From Eubacteriales bacterium (GTDB lineage Bacteria > Bacillota > Clostridia > Oscillospirales > CAG-272), in assembly GCA_034178705.1 (NCBI GenBank), contig JAXFQY010000039.1, positions 18,623 to 82,622 on the forward strand: 64,000 bases of DNA. Reading direction: 5' to 3'. Under the pieces are notes generated by a model, which had not been told where the DNA came from, made no database searches, and worked only from the letters and a program-made list of their open reading frames with translations. A program made the translations under genes and the position numbers. Of this stretch, positions 18,942 to 29,648 are shown piece after piece (within the stretch, counting starts at the first letter, position 1; each line of letters starts with the position of its first letter).

Positions 18942-21900
18942 TTAGAGAGAGACGGCGGTGTTTCCGGAAAGGGTGTCTGCATCGGGAACAGAAACCGTTT
19001 CTGTGGCGGGAAGATCGAAGTTTTGCGACTGTTGGCTGTCACAATCGGCGCTGTCAGCAGGCACTTTCTGATTGTCGTTGTCATCCTGAGGAGAAGCGGA
19101 AGGACCCGAATGTGCCTTGTGAACGGAAATATCGTTGTAGATTTCCAATCCTGTTCCGGCGGGAATCAGTTTACCGATAATAACATTCTCCTTAAGGCCG
19201 AGCAAATGATCGACCTTTCCGCGGATTGCCGCTTCGGTGAGAACCTTGGTGGTTTCCTGGAAGGATGCTGCGGAGAGGAAGGATTCGGTTTGCAGAGAAG
19301 CCTTGGTGATACCGAGCAGAACGGGAGAGCCGACTGCCGGGCGGAGCGTGGTTTCTCCTGCAGCTATGCGGCGCTCAATTATCTCGTTTTCTTCACGGAA
19401 ATCGGTGACCTCGACCATCGAGCCAAGGAGAAGCCCAGTGTCTCCCTCATCCTCGACACGAACCTTACGGGACATCTGTCGTGCGATGACCTCGATATGC
19501 TTATCATTAATGATGATTTCCTGAGAGCGGTAAACCTTCTGAACCTCGCGGATGATATAATCGAACACGGCGTCAAGACCCTGAATCCGGAGAATATCCG
19601 CGGGACTCTTATATCCTTCGGTCATGCCCTGACCGACAACGACCTTGTCACCCTCTTCGACGAGAATGCGCATTCCGAACGGGATGGGATAGATGGCTTC
19701 CCTGCCGTCTTCAGCCGTGATGACAATATTGCGCATCCGTTTATCCTCACGGATGGAGACAGTACCGTCAAGCTCTGCAATAGCGGCGGTTTTTTTCGGA
19801 CGGCGGGCTTCGAAGAGCTCCTCAATACGCGGGAGACCCTGTGTAATATTGGCGGATGCAATACCACCGGTGTGGAAAGTACGCATCGTAAGCTGGGTAC
19901 CCGGTTCGCCGATCGACTGAGCGGCGATAATACCGACGGCCTCGCCGACGTTGACGGGCTTTCCGGATGCCAGGTCGGAGCCGTAGCAATGTGCGCAGAC
20001 CCCGCGTTTTGCCTCACAGCGCAGAATGGAGCGGACATTGACCTCCGTGATGCCGGCGTCAACAATCTGTTTAACCTGCGCTTGGGAGATCATGGTGTTG
20101 TCGGGAACGATAACTTCTCCGGTTCTCGGATCGACAACATCGCCGATGACATAGCGGCCGCCGAGACGGTCGGCAAGCGACTCGATTACTGTGCGATCCT
20201 GATCGCTTGTGCCCAGCTTGTCGCTTTCTTCATAGATAGCGGATACAAGCAGACCGTGTCTTGTGCCGCAGTCCTCTTCGCGGACGATAACTTCCTGTGA
20301 GACATCGACAAGGCGACGGGTCAGGTAACCGGAGTCAGCCGTTTTCAGAGCGGTATCGGAAAGCGACTTACGGGATCCTCTCGCGCCGACAAAGTAGTCG
20401 AGGATTTTCATTCCTTCACGGAAGTTTGTCTTGATCGGAATTTCCATTGTGCGTCCGTCGGTTGCGAACATCAGTCCGCGGAGACCTGCAAGCTGACGGA
20501 GCTGGCTGGAGTTACCGCGTGCGCCCGAATCAATCATCATCTTGATCGGGTTGTAAGCATTGAAGCCTTTCTGGAGAGCGTCGGTGATTTGTTTGGTCGT
20601 GTTTTCCCAGGTTGCAATAACGCGGTCATAGCGTTCACGATCATCCAATTCACCTTCGTTGAAGTGGTCGGTGATCTCGGCAACCCTATCTTCCGCTGCG
20701 GCGATCAGGGCGTTCTTTTCCGGCGGAATTGTCATGTCATATACGGAGATGGAGAGCGAGGAGATGGTCGAATACTTAAAGCCGGTTGCCTTAATGGCAT
20801 CGAGTGTCTCGGCAGCTACACCGAGACCGTGAATTTTGATGCAGCGGTCGACAATCTCGGTGAGCATTTTTTTCTTGACAACAAATTCAATTTCAAGACG
20901 GAACGCATTCTCCGGATCGGAGCGGTCAATAAATCCGAGGTCCTGCGGAATGTTGTTGTTGAAAATGAGCTTGCCGAGTGTGCAGGGGATAATTTTGCTC
21001 TGCATGACCCCGTCGATTTCCTTGAAGACGCGGACTTTGATCTTGGCCTGCAGGGTAATCTGATGATTCTGATACGCCATCATGGCTTCATCAAAATTGC
21101 GGAAAGCTTTTCCTTCGCCCGGCTCATTGTCCCGATCCATCGTCAGATAGTAGGAACCGAGAATCATATCCTGAGACGGTACAGCGACGGCGCGTCCGTC
21201 AACCGGCTTCAGAAGGTTATTTGCAGAGAGCATCAGGAAGCGCGCTTCTGCCTGCGCTTCCGGGGAAAGCGGAACATGGACCGGCATCTGGTCGCCGTCA
21301 AAGTCCGCGTTGAACGCCGTGCAGACGAGCGGATGAAGCTTGATGGCTCTGCCTTCGACAAGGATCGGTTCAAACGCCTGAATGGACAGACGGTGCAGTG
21401 TCGGTGCACGGTTCAGAAGGACCGGATGTTCCTTGATCACATATTCGAGCGCGTCCCAGACGTCGGGGTTAACGCGATCGACCTTTTTCTTTGCTTCTTT
21501 GATGTTACCTGCCTTATTGGTTTCAACAAGGCGCTTCATGACAAACGGCTTGAAGAGCTCGAGAGCCATTTCTTTCGGAAGACCGCACTGGAAAATCTTT
21601 AGGCTCGGTCCGACGACAATAACCGAACGGCCGGAGTAGTCGACACGCTTGCCGAGCAGATTCTGACGGAAACGTCCCTGCTTACCGCGGAGCATTTCGG
21701 AAAGGGATTTCAGCGGGCGGTTGCTCGGACCGGTAACCGGCTTGCCGCGTCTGCCGTTGTCAATGAGAGCGTCAACCGCCTCCTGAAGCATGCGCTTTTC
21801 GTTGCGGATGATGATTTCCGGCGCGTGCAGCTCCATCAGCTTGCGCAGACGGTTGTTGCGGTTGATAACGCGTCGATAGAGGTCGTTGAGGTCGGAGCAG

Positions 21901-22646
21901 GCAAAGCGTCCGCCGTCAAGCTGAACCATCGGACGGATTTCCGGAGGAATAACCGGAATAACATCGAGGATCATCCATTCCGGGCGGTTTCCGGATTTTC
22001 GGAAAGCTTCCACAACGTCCAGCCGTTTGATCAGCTTGAGCTTACGCTGACCGTTTGCGGTCAGCAGTTCTTCCTTGAGTTGTGCGGAAAGGGCTTCAAT
22101 ATCCAGCTCCGCCAACAGCTCCTTGATTGCTTCCGCGCCCATGCCGACGCGGAAATCGTTTTCAAATTTTTCCTTCAGCTCTCGGTATTCGGCGTCAGAA
22201 AGCGTGGCACCCTTTTCCAGCGTTGTATGACCGGGATCAAGAACGATATAGCTTGCAAAATACAGCACCCGCTCAAGCTGGCGGGGGGAGATATCCAGCA
22301 GAACGCCGATCCGGGACGGAATGGCGCGAAAATACCAGATATGGCTGACCGGTGCCGCAAGCTCGATGTGTCCCATCCGCTCACGGCGAACCTTTTTCGT
22401 TGTTACCTCAACGCCGCATTTATCGCAGATTTTTCCCTTGTGGCGCTGTCTTTTATATTTTCCGCACTGGCATTCCCAGTCTTTCGTCGGCCCGAAGATC
22501 CGTTCACAAAACAGACCGTCTTTTTCTGCCTTTAAGGTGCGGTAGTTGATGGTTTCCGGCTTCTTGACCTCTCCGTGCGACCAGCTGCGGATCATTTCCG
22601 GGGATGCAAGACCGATCTGGATAGAGCTGAAAACATTCTTATCCAT
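18942..22646 (-). CDS. rpoC: DNA-directed RNA polymerase subunit beta'
   Basis: 1234 aa. It has the zinc-binding N-terminus [20 protein letters not shown], the catalytic NADFDGDQM motif and trigger-loop/bridge-helix regions. Confidence 0.97.
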   Translation of the reverse strand: MDKNVFSSIQIGLASPEMIRSWSHGEVKKPETINYRTLKAEKDGLFCERIFGPTKDWECQCGKYKRQRHKGKICDKCGVEVTTKKVRRERMGHIELAAPVSHIWYFRAIPSRIGVLLDISPRQLERVLYFASYIVLDPGHTTLEKGATLSDAEYRELKEKFENDFRVGMGAEAIKELLAELDIEALSAQLKEELLTANGQRKLKLIKRLDVVEAFRKSGNRPEWMILDVIPVIPPEIRPMVQLDGGRFACSDLNDLYRRVINRNNRLRKLMELHAPEIIIRNEKRMLQEAVDALIDNGRRGKPVTGPSNRPLKSLSEMLRGKQGRFRQNLLGKRVDYSGRSVIVVGPSLKIFQCGLPKEMALELFKPFVMKRLVETNKAGNIKEAKKKVDRVNPDVWDALEYVIKEHPVLLNRAPTLHRLSIQAFEPILVEGRAIKLHPLVCTAFNADFDGDQMPVHVPLSPEAQAEARFLMLSANNLLKPVDGRAVAVPSQDMILGSYYLTMDRDNEPGEGKAFRNFDEAMMAYQNHQITLQAKIKVRVFKEIDGVMQSKIIPCTLGKLIFNNNIPQDLGFIDRSDPENAFRLEIEFVVKKKMLTEIVDRCIKIHGLGVAAETLDAIKATGFKYSTISSLSISVYDMTIPPEKNALIAAAEDRVAEITDHFNEGELDDRERYDRVIATWENTTKQITDALQKGFNAYNPIKMMIDSGARGNSSQLRQLAGLRGLMFATDGRTMEIPIKTNFREGMKILDYFVGARGSRKSLSDTALKTADSGYLTRRLVDVSQEVIVREEDCGTRHGLLVSAIYEESDKLGTSDQDRTVIESLADRLGGRYVIGDVVDPRTGEVIVPDNTMISQAQVKQIVDAGITEVNVRSILRCEAKRGVCAHCYGSDLASGKPVNVGEAVGIIAAQSIGEPGTQLTMRTFHTGGIASANITQGLPRIEELFEARRPKKTAAIAELDGTVSIREDKRMRNIVITAEDGREAIYPIPFGMRILVEEGDKVVVGQGMTEGYKSPADILRIQGLDAVFDYIIREVQKVYRSQEIIINDKHIEVIARQMSRKVRVEDEGDTGLLLGSMVEVTDFREENEIIERRIAAGETTLRPAVGSPVLLGITKASLQTESFLSAASFQETTKVLTEAAIRGKVDHLLGLKENVIIGKLIPAGTGLEIYNDISVHKAHSGPSASPQDDNDNQKVPADSADCDSQQSQNFDLPATETVSVPDADTLSGNTAVSL

Positions 22647-22721
22647 CTATTTTAACCCTGTCTTTCCCGTCAGGCGGGAAAGTTTCCTCTCGCAAAATTT
22701 CGGATGACCTTTCAGAAGCAC

Positions 22722-25700
22722 TTAACCCTCGTCGTCGTCAAAGCCGTCGTCATCATCGATGTCATCGCCGAAAACATCGTGATCCAGGCTGTCGTCGATA
22801 TCCTCTCCCTTTTCGGTAAAGGAATCAAACATATCATCGGTTTCGACCAAATCGCCGAGATCCTCATCACTGACAAGGTTCGGGGGTTCCAGTTCATCCT
22901 CACATTCGGAAAGCTCAACCGTGTTACCGTCCGCGTCAAGAACGCGGATATTAAGCGCAAGTGCCTGCAATTCCTTCACAAGTACCTTGAAGGATTCCGG
23001 CACGCCCGGGGTCGGAATATTCTGGCCCTTGACAATTGCCTCATAGGCTTTTACTCTGCCAGTGACATCGTCCGACTTAACGGTAAGAATCTCCTGAAGC
23101 GTGTAGGCAGCGCCGTATGCTTCCAGCGCCCAGACTTCCATTTCCCCGAAGCGCTGACCGCCGAACTGCGCTTTTCCGCCGAGCGGCTGCTGCGTGACGA
23201 GGGAGTAAGGGCCTGTAGAGCGCGCATGAATCTTATCGTCAACCAGATGATGGAGCTTAAGGTAGTACATAATTCCGACCGTAACCGGATTGTCGAACGG
23301 CTCTCCGGTTCTGCCGTCATAAACGGTGGTCTTTCCGTCAACGACACGGAGCTTCCCTTCTTCAAGAAGACTGTCATAGCGTTCCGGATCGTCCGCACGG
23401 ACAATATCGCGGTACTTCTTTCCTTCCGCATCCGGTTCATCGAGCAGCTCAATAATTGCCTTGCCGTCGACATTTTCGTTGCGGCGGATTTCACGCCACA
23501 TTTCCGCTTTTTTCATCAGCTCGAGAATGTCCTTCTCGTTTGCACCGTCAAAGACCGGGGTCATAACCTTGATGCCGAGTTTGCGCGCCGCCATGCCGAG
23601 GTGAACCTCAAGCACCTGTCCGATATTCATACGGGACGGAACGCCGAGCGGGTTCAGCACGATATCAAGCGGAGTGCCGTCCGGGAGGAATGGCATATCC
23701 TCCGGCGGAAGAATACGGGAAACGACACCTTTGTTTCCGTGACGGCCGGCCATCTTATCTCCGACAGATATTTTTCTCTTCTGTGCGATATAGATCCGCG
23801 CGACCTTATTTACGCCGGGCGCCAGCTCATCGCCGTTTTCACGGGAAAATACGCGGACATCAACGACAATTCCGCTTTCGCCGTGCGGCAGACGGAGGGA
23901 GGTATCACGGACTTCACGTGCTTTCTCTCCGAAAATAGCACGCAGCAGCCGTTCTTCGGCGGTCAGCTCGGTTTCCCCCTTCGGGGTGACCTTGCCGACA
24001 AGAATATCCCCGGCGCGAACCTCCGTGCCGATTTTGACGATGCCTTCCGCTGTCAGATCCTTCAAAGCGTCCTCACCGACATTCGGAATTTCGCGTGTAA
24101 TTTCCTCGGGGCCGAGCTTGGTGTCCCGTGCCTCGTGGGAGTATTCCTCAATGTGAATCGAGGTGTAAACATCGTTGCGTACCAGACGCTCGTTCAGCAG
24201 AACTGCGTCCTCATAGTTATATCCTTCCCAGGTCATAAAGCCGATCAAGGCGTTCTTGCCGAGGGACATTTCGCCGTTTGAGGTGGACGGACCGTCCGCA
24301 ATGACGTCGCCCTTTGTGATTTTCTGCCCCTCGCTTACGATCGGACGCTGATTGACGCAGGTGCCCTGATTGGATCGCTTGAATTTCAGAAGACGGTAAA
24401 CATCGCGCTGTCCGTCCTCCCGGCGGATCGTGATTTCCGCGGCGGTAACACGCTCTACGACGCCGCTTTCCTTCGCAATCACGACAACACCGGAGTCATA
24501 GGCTGCCGGATATTCCATGCCGGTTGCAACGATCGGTGCTTCCGTGACCATCAACGGGACAGCCTGCTTCTGCATGTTCGAGCCCATGAGCGCCCGGCTG
24601 TTATCGTCATTTTCCAGGAAGGGGATCATTGCTGTGGCAACGGATACAACCATCTTCGGGGAGACATCCATCAGGTCGACCTCTTCCCGGTCAACTTCAA
24701 TAATCTGATCCTTCGCACGGACGACGACGCGCTTGTTTTTGAAGCGATGCTGCTCGTCGAGCGGCTCATTTGCCTGCGCAACGATGTAATCGTCCTCGAC
24801 ATCTGCCGTCATGTAGCGGACCTCGTCGGTGACAATACCGGTTTCTTTATCGACAACACGGAACGGCGCTTCAATAAAGCCGTATTCACTGATCTTAGCG
24901 TAGGTGGCAAGATAAGAAATCAGACCGATGTTCGGACCTTCCGGCGTCTCAATCGGACACATTCTTCCGTAATGCGTATAGTGAACGTCACGGACGTCGA
25001 AGGATGCACGGTCACGGGAAAGACCGCCGGGACCGAGCGCGGAGAGACGGCGCTTATGCGTCAACTCCGCCAGGGGGTTGTTCTGATCCATGAACTGTGA
25101 AAGCTGAGAAGAGCCGAAAAACTCACGGATCGCCGTGACAACCGGACGAACGTTGATCAAAGCGGCGGGGGAGACATCTTCGGTATCCTGCAGGGTCATC
25201 CGTTCCTTGACGATTTTATCAAGACGGGAGAGACCGATGCGGAGCTGATTCTGGAGCAGCTCACCGACCGAACGCATGCGGCGGTTTCCGAGATGGTCAA
25301 TATCATCCGTCTGCCCGATTCCATGGCTCAGGCAAATCAGGTAGTTAATAGAAGAGAAGATATCATCGACAAGGATGTGCTTCGGGCAGAGATCAAGCGC
25401 GCGCGCTTCACAGAGACGGAGAAGTTTGTCCTTATCCCCGCCTGCCTCTTCAATGATCTCGGAGAGAACGTCAAAACGGACCTTTTCGGAAAGCCCCTTG
25501 ATTTCAAGAGGATAACCGAGCAGGGCTTCGGGGTAGATTGTACCGTTGCCGAATACGCGCTGCTCCGCACCGTTGTCTCCGGTTACATAGGCTTCATTTG
25601 CGCCGCGGCGTTCAATTTCACGGGAGAGCTTACGGTCAAGATAGACCCCGGCGTCGCAAAGAAGCTCGCCTGTCATGCTGACGATCGGGCGGGTCGTTTT

Positions 25701-26600
25701 GTGTCCCTCAATGCGGCGGGAGAGACCGAGCTTACGGTTATACTTATAACGTCCTACCGCGGCAAGGTCATAGCGCTTGTTATCAAAGAAGGTGTTATTC
25801 ATCAGAAGCTCTGCGCTTTCGACAAGCGGCGGCTCGCCCGGACGGAGCTTCTTGTAAATTTCCTTGAGAGCCTCCTCACGGAAGGAGGTGCCTTTGTCAA
25901 GGGCAGCCCGGCGTGCGTCATCCTTCTCAAAGGTAGCGGTGATTTTCGGATCGTCGCCGAACATGGCAACAATATCCTCATCCGTTTCGACACCGAAAGC
26001 ACGGATCAGGATGGTAATCGGAAGTTTGCGGTTTTTATCGATTTTCACGTAGAACGCGTCGTTTGCATCCGTCTCATACTCGAGCCAAGCGCCGCGGTAC
26101 GGAATAATCGTGGAGGTGAACATGGTTTTTCCGGTTTTATCAATGTCGCTGCCAAAGTAGACGCCGGGAGAACGTACGAACTGCGAAACGATGACACGCT
26201 CCGCACCGTTAATCACGAAGGTTCCGCTTTCGGTCATCAGCGGGAAGTCGCCCATGTAAATCTCGGACTCCTTGACTTCCTCGGTTGTCTTATTTGTGAG
26301 GCGAACCGTCACCTTCAGCGGCGCCGCGTAATTGACGTCGCGTTCCTTGCATTCCTCCACCGGATACTGCGGTTTGGAATCCAAGGAGTATCCGATGAAA
26401 TCAATAGAGAGATTGCCCGAGTAGTCTACAATCGGAGACACATCCCGGAGAACCTCAGGGAGACCCTCATCAAGGAACCATTGATAAGACTTCTTCTGAA
26501 CCTCTATCAGATTCGGCATTTGGATCGGGGCTTCGATCTTGGAAAAGCTCATGCGTTCGGTGATGCCGAGTTTTTGAGGTTTGAGCATGTTCAGAATCAC
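22722..26600 (-). CDS. rpoB: DNA-directed RNA polymerase subunit beta
   Basis: 1292-aa ORF with a GTG at 26600. The ATG at 26588 ([31 protein letters not shown]) is the more likely start. Conserved blocks include [19 protein letters not shown] and the rifampicin-region sequence [17 protein letters not shown]. It has an acidic C-terminal tail. Confidence 0.97.
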   Translation of the reverse strand: MILNMLKPQKLGITERMSFSKIEAPIQMPNLIEVQKKSYQWFLDEGLPEVLRDVSPIVDYSGNLSIDFIGYSLDSKPQYPVEECKERDVNYAAPLKVTVRLTNKTTEEVKESEIYMGDFPLMTESGTFVINGAERVIVSQFVRSPGVYFGSDIDKTGKTMFTSTIIPYRGAWLEYETDANDAFYVKIDKNRKLPITILIRAFGVETDEDIVAMFGDDPKITATFEKDDARRAALDKGTSFREEALKEIYKKLRPGEPPLVESAELLMNNTFFDNKRYDLAAVGRYKYNRKLGLSRRIEGHKTTRPIVSMTGELLCDAGVYLDRKLSREIERRGANEAYVTGDNGAEQRVFGNGTIYPEALLGYPLEIKGLSEKVRFDVLSEIIEEAGGDKDKLLRLCEARALDLCPKHILVDDIFSSINYLICLSHGIGQTDDIDHLGNRRMRSVGELLQNQLRIGLSRLDKIVKERMTLQDTEDVSPAALINVRPVVTAIREFFGSSQLSQFMDQNNPLAELTHKRRLSALGPGGLSRDRASFDVRDVHYTHYGRMCPIETPEGPNIGLISYLATYAKISEYGFIEAPFRVVDKETGIVTDEVRYMTADVEDDYIVAQANEPLDEQHRFKNKRVVVRAKDQIIEVDREEVDLMDVSPKMVVSVATAMIPFLENDDNSRALMGSNMQKQAVPLMVTEAPIVATGMEYPAAYDSGVVVIAKESGVVERVTAAEITIRREDGQRDVYRLLKFKRSNQGTCVNQRPIVSEGQKITKGDVIADGPSTSNGEMSLGKNALIGFMTWEGYNYEDAVLLNERLVRNDVYTSIHIEEYSHEARDTKLGPEEITREIPNVGEDALKDLTAEGIVKIGTEVRAGDILVGKVTPKGETELTAEERLLRAIFGEKAREVRDTSLRLPHGESGIVVDVRVFSRENGDELAPGVNKVARIYIAQKRKISVGDKMAGRHGNKGVVSRILPPEDMPFLPDGTPLDIVLNPLGVPSRMNIGQVLEVHLGMAARKLGIKVMTPVFDGANEKDILELMKKAEMWREIRRNENVDGKAIIELLDEPDAEGKKYRDIVRADDPERYDSLLEEGKLRVVDGKTTVYDGRTGEPFDNPVTVGIMYYLKLHHLVDDKIHARSTGPYSLVTQQPLGGKAQFGGQRFGEMEVWALEAYGAAYTLQEILTVKSDDVTGRVKAYEAIVKGQNIPTPGVPESFKVLVKELQALALNIRVLDADGNTVELSECEDELEPPNLVSDEDLGDLVETDDMFDSFTEKGEDIDDSLDHDVFGDDIDDDDGFDDDEG

Positions 26601-26705
26601 TCCATTTCATTATTCTGGGGTCGAAAAAACTCGCCCCCGCGGGATTTTGGCGGACAATAGGACCAGCCTCTGCCCATAGGACAAGCGATTATAATTCAGC
26701 ATATT

Positions 26706-26734
26706 ATTATAGCAAAGGCATCCGCGGTTGTCAA
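26706..26734 (-). promoter_or_regulatory. Consensus sigma-A promoter for rpoBC
   Basis: The minus strand reads TTGACA (26734-26729), a 17-nt spacer accgcggatgcctttgc, then TATAAT (26711-26706). Both hexamers are perfect. The predicted leader to the rpoB start is about 110 nt. Confidence 0.6.
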
Positions 26735-26873
26735 GGGGAATTTCGCAGTTTTCCTTAAAAAGGATTTTTCAAAAAACATAGAAAAAGATCAGAATCGCCG
26801 CATACCATCCTTTGGGCCTGAAACGGAGAGCCTGACAATGGTTTTTCAGAAGCTGTTTGGAATCCGCTGCGCA

Positions 26874-26904
26874 GAAAACGGCGGTCGAGCCGACCGCCGT
26901 TTTC
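26874..26904 (-). terminator. Strong hairpin terminator after the surface-protein gene
   Basis: gaaaacggcggtcg (26874-26887), loop agc, then cgaccgccgttttc (26891-26904). This is a 14-bp perfect stem with T/A runs on both sides, so it may act bidirectionally. It lies about 55 nt downstream of the stop at 26961. Confidence 0.7.
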
Positions 26905-26960
26905 TCTTTTATCCAAAGATAAATCTAACTAAGATATGTTTTTTCAGAAGTGGGACAGAA

Positions 26961-28271
26961 TCAGTTCTCGCGCTTCTTTACAAAGACCATAGCCGCCGCC
27001 GCAACAAGCGCCGCACCGCTGATCACGAAGAGAACGGGAGAGATGTCACCGGTAGGAGGAGTAACCTCGCCGGCGGTGGTAGCCGGAACCGGTTCGGTTG
27101 CCGGAGCCGCTGTGGTTTCCTGCGCCGGAGCAGCTGTGGTTTCCTGCGCCGGAGCGTCGGTGGTAACAACAGGAGGGTCGGTCACGACCGGCGTGCTGCC
27201 GCCGTCAAGGGTTCCGCTGCCGAAGGTACCGGTGTAGGTATATTCCTTCATTGCAGTAAAGCCGAGGGTTTTGATCTTTCCGGAGGCGTCAACCGCGGCC
27301 TTGATGGACGGGTCGATCAGCAGCTCGGAATTGGCAAACAGGGTTGCTTCCTCGTATCCGCTGAAAACGGAGGCGCCGGAGATACCGTAGAAAATGATGT
27401 TTCCGGCGGTATCGGTAAAGGTATGATCCGCTGCCTGCTGTGCATTGTTGAAGGAGTCTTCAATCTTGAAGTTTTTGGTCAGGACGATCTGAACATCGCC
27501 CTTAAAGCCGGTTGCCTTGGAGTCGTGAGCCGTTGCCCAGCAGTCAATCACGCCGCCGTCCAGAACGAGAAGCCCGGAGCCGTAATTAACGGCAGCACTG
27601 CTGCGTCCGCCGAGGGCAAGCTTGAAGGTCTTGGCGTCTCCGCCGAACTCAACAACGCACTTGCCGGTGTAATCGGCAGGAGCGCCGCTGCGGGGACCGC
27701 CGATGATTTCAAGGAAAGAACCGCTGAGTATGGTGAGGTGGGTGTCCTGCGCGGTGTCAAGCGTGGATGCGGAGCCCTGATCGCCTCCGTTAACGTAAAG
27801 GCGGGGCCATTCTCTGCCGTCATCCTCTGCGACAGTAACACCGTAGCCGAAGGTAAGGTGATGGAACATGCCGTGAACAACCCAGGTGCTTGCCAGCTGG
27901 AGGTGCAGGTTTTTGAAGACTGTCGGACCGCCGCAGTAAAAATGGTCGGTTACAACGACATAAATTCCGCCGTTGTAGTCCACGTTGTTGTACTTACCGG
28001 TAATGGTAATCGTTCCGGTATGCTCGGGCGCATAGAAAGCCGAAAGAAAGTTGATTTCTCCGACCAGCACGATCGTGCCGCCTTCATCGCCGAGAGCATT
28101 GTACGCATCTTCAAGCGAGGGCAGTGCTTTTTCCGGAGAACTTCCGTCTCCGACTGCATCTTCCTTGACATAGACAACTTTTTCCTCCGCTGCACTGGCG
28201 GGAAGAACAAAAGCAGGGACAAGGGAGAGCATAAGTAAACATGCGAGAGCTATTGCGCAAAGCTTCTTCAT
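26961..28271 (-). CDS. Secreted cell-surface protein with a C-terminal sorting-signal-like anchor
   Basis: The ORF is trimmed to the ATG at 28271, giving the signal peptide MKKLCAIALACLLMLSLVPAFVLPASA. It contains a Thr/Ala/Pro linker with tandem TTAAPAQE repeats. The C-terminus is TPPTGDISPVLFVISGAALVAAAAMVFVKKREN: a PxTG-type motif, a hydrophobic helix and a basic tail. Confidence 0.7.
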   Translation of the reverse strand: MKKLCAIALACLLMLSLVPAFVLPASAAEEKVVYVKEDAVGDGSSPEKALPSLEDAYNALGDEGGTIVLVGEINFLSAFYAPEHTGTITITGKYNNVDYNGGIYVVVTDHFYCGGPTVFKNLHLQLASTWVVHGMFHHLTFGYGVTVAEDDGREWPRLYVNGGDQGSASTLDTAQDTHLTILSGSFLEIIGGPRSGAPADYTGKCVVEFGGDAKTFKLALGGRSSAAVNYGSGLLVLDGGVIDCWATAHDSKATGFKGDVQIVLTKNFKIEDSFNNAQQAADHTFTDTAGNIIFYGISGASVFSGYEEATLFANSELLIDPSIKAAVDASGKIKTLGFTAMKEYTYTGTFGSGTLDGGSTPVVTDPPVVTTDAPAQETTAAPAQETTAAPATEPVPATTAGEVTPPTGDISPVLFVISGAALVAAAAMVFVKKREN

Positions 28272-28445
28272 AAGAATTTCCTTTCTATTTTCGCAGAGGC
28301 CACAGCCTCGGAGGATAATCATATAATAGCACAGAACCTCTTCGGATTCAAGATTAATTTGTAGGATGATTTTACAAAAAATATTGACTCACGTATAAAA
28401 TTGGCGAAAATCACAAAAAACGGGATAATTTATCCCTGCTTGCAA

Positions 28446-28862
28446 TCAGTCCTCTTTTTCTTGATCCTCCGCAGGCTTTTTCTTCTCTTTTTCCGCCGCT
28501 TTCACAAAAGCATCCTTCCGCTCACGAAGACGGTTGATGCCTTTGACCAGGCAGAAAACAACAAACGCGGTGATCAGAAAATCCAGCGCGGTCTGAAGAA
28601 ACTGTCCGTACTTGATCGCGACGGTCTCAACCGCTTCGGTTGCCGGGTCATCCGGTTTCAAGGTAATAGCAAGGTCGGCAAACTCTTTGCCGTTGATGAA
28701 AAATCCGACGATCGGATTGACGATGTCATTCACGAGGGAGGTCACGATTTTCTGGAACGCGCCGCCGACAATAATACCGACTGCCATGTCCATCACGTTT
28801 CCCCGCGCAATGAACTCTTTGAATTCGCCGAAAAACCCTTTTTTCTTTGCTTGTTCTGCCAT
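28446..28862 (-). CDS. mscL: Large-conductance mechanosensitive channel MscL
   Basis: 138 aa. FKEFIARGNVMDMAVGIIVGGAFQKIVTSLVNDIVNPIVG is the canonical MscL TM1 region. Confidence 0.92.
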   Translation of the reverse strand: MAEQAKKKGFFGEFKEFIARGNVMDMAVGIIVGGAFQKIVTSLVNDIVNPIVGFFINGKEFADLAITLKPDDPATEAVETVAIKYGQFLQTALDFLITAFVVFCLVKGINRLRERKDAFVKAAEKEKKKPAEDQEKED

Positions 28863-28928
28863 GATAACTGTCTCCTTTATAAATATAAAATATTTGGATT
28901 CGGGTTGTGAACGGAAGGAAAAACCGGA

Positions 28929-29648
28929 TTACGTGTGCGTTGCTGCATGTGTGCAAAGATCCGAAAGCGGGCAAACGGAGCAATCCGCGCCGCGGGCGGG
29001 ACAATGCTCTCTGCCGACCAGAACGATTCTGTGGCAGAAGGCGGAGCGGTCGGGCTCGGGGATCAAAGGGTTCAGAATCCGTTCGACTTTCAGGGGATCC
29101 CGGATGTCCTCCGGATAAAACCCGAGGCGTCCGCAAACGCGAATGCAATGGGTGTCACAGACAACGCCTCCGCACCCGTAGAGATCCCCGCGCAGAAGAT
29201 TGGCGATTTTTCTTCCGACCCCGGGAAGCGCCAGCAGTTCCTCCTCTTCCCGCGGAATCCATCCGCCGTACCGATCGGAAAGGATCCTTGCGCTTTCGCG
29301 GATGCTTTTTGCTTTTTCCCGATACAGTCCGCAGGAGCGGATCAACTCCTCCAGTCGGGAGAGTTCAATCTGCGCCGCAGCCTGGGGCGTCGGAATTTCC
29401 GCAAACAGTGCAGGGGAAATTTCGTTGACGCGCTTGTCGGTACACTGTGCCGACAGCCTTGCCATGACAAACAACCGCCACGGATCCCCCTCATATTGCA
29501 GCGCACACGCTGCATCCGGATAGAGCTCTGTCAGGCGGGAAGATACGGCTTCGGCAAGAGCGCGCAACTTTTTTGCGGGTTTTGCCGGAAGCTTCGATTT
29601 TGTTGATTTTTTTGTTTTATCTTTACTCTGCATTCTCTTCATCGGCAT
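28929..29648 (-). CDS. nth: Endonuclease III (DNA-(apurinic or apyrimidinic site) lyase)
   Basis: 239 aa. It has the HhH motif LLALPGVGRKIANLL and the 4Fe-4S cluster loop C-X6-C-X2-C-X5-C (CPARGADCSVCPLSDLC). The start may be one of the internal Met codons at 29642 or 29633, which would shorten the overlap with the PBP2 gene. Confidence 0.9.
   Translation of the reverse strand: MPMKRMQSKDKTKKSTKSKLPAKPAKKLRALAEAVSSRLTELYPDAACALQYEGDPWRLFVMARLSAQCTDKRVNEISPALFAEIPTPQAAAQIELSRLEELIRSCGLYREKAKSIRESARILSDRYGGWIPREEEELLALPGVGRKIANLLRGDLYGCGGVVCDTHCIRVCGRLGFYPEDIRDPLKVERILNPLIPEPDRSAFCHRIVLVGREHCPARGADCSVCPLSDLCTHAATHT

Noticed and set aside
18906-20300. A 464-aa plus-strand ORF. Similar long ORFs lie at 20589-21602, 22704-24281, 25293-26660, 26838-28238 and 44901-46277 (all plus strand), and at 10386-11564 and 50294-51514 (both minus strand).
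   Set aside because: Each lies antisense to a confidently identified conserved gene (rpoC, rpoB, the surface protein, htpG, the sugar kinase or serS). Their translations are low-complexity and rich in Arg, Gly and Leu, with no recognisable motifs. They are typical shadow ORFs produced by codon bias in GC-rich coding DNA.
22722-22913. A highly acidic C-terminal tail of about 63 aa on RpoB (…[14 protein letters not shown]), and an extended RpoC C-terminus.
   Set aside because: Acidic C-terminal extensions of the beta subunit are already known in Bacillota, including B. subtilis RpoB. This is lineage-typical variation rather than a novelty.
26909-26917. TTATCCAAA, one mismatch from the canonical DnaA box, next to the terminator upstream of rpoB.
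   Set aside because: It is a single isolated copy far from dnaA. A one-mismatch 9-mer is expected several times by chance in 64 kb.
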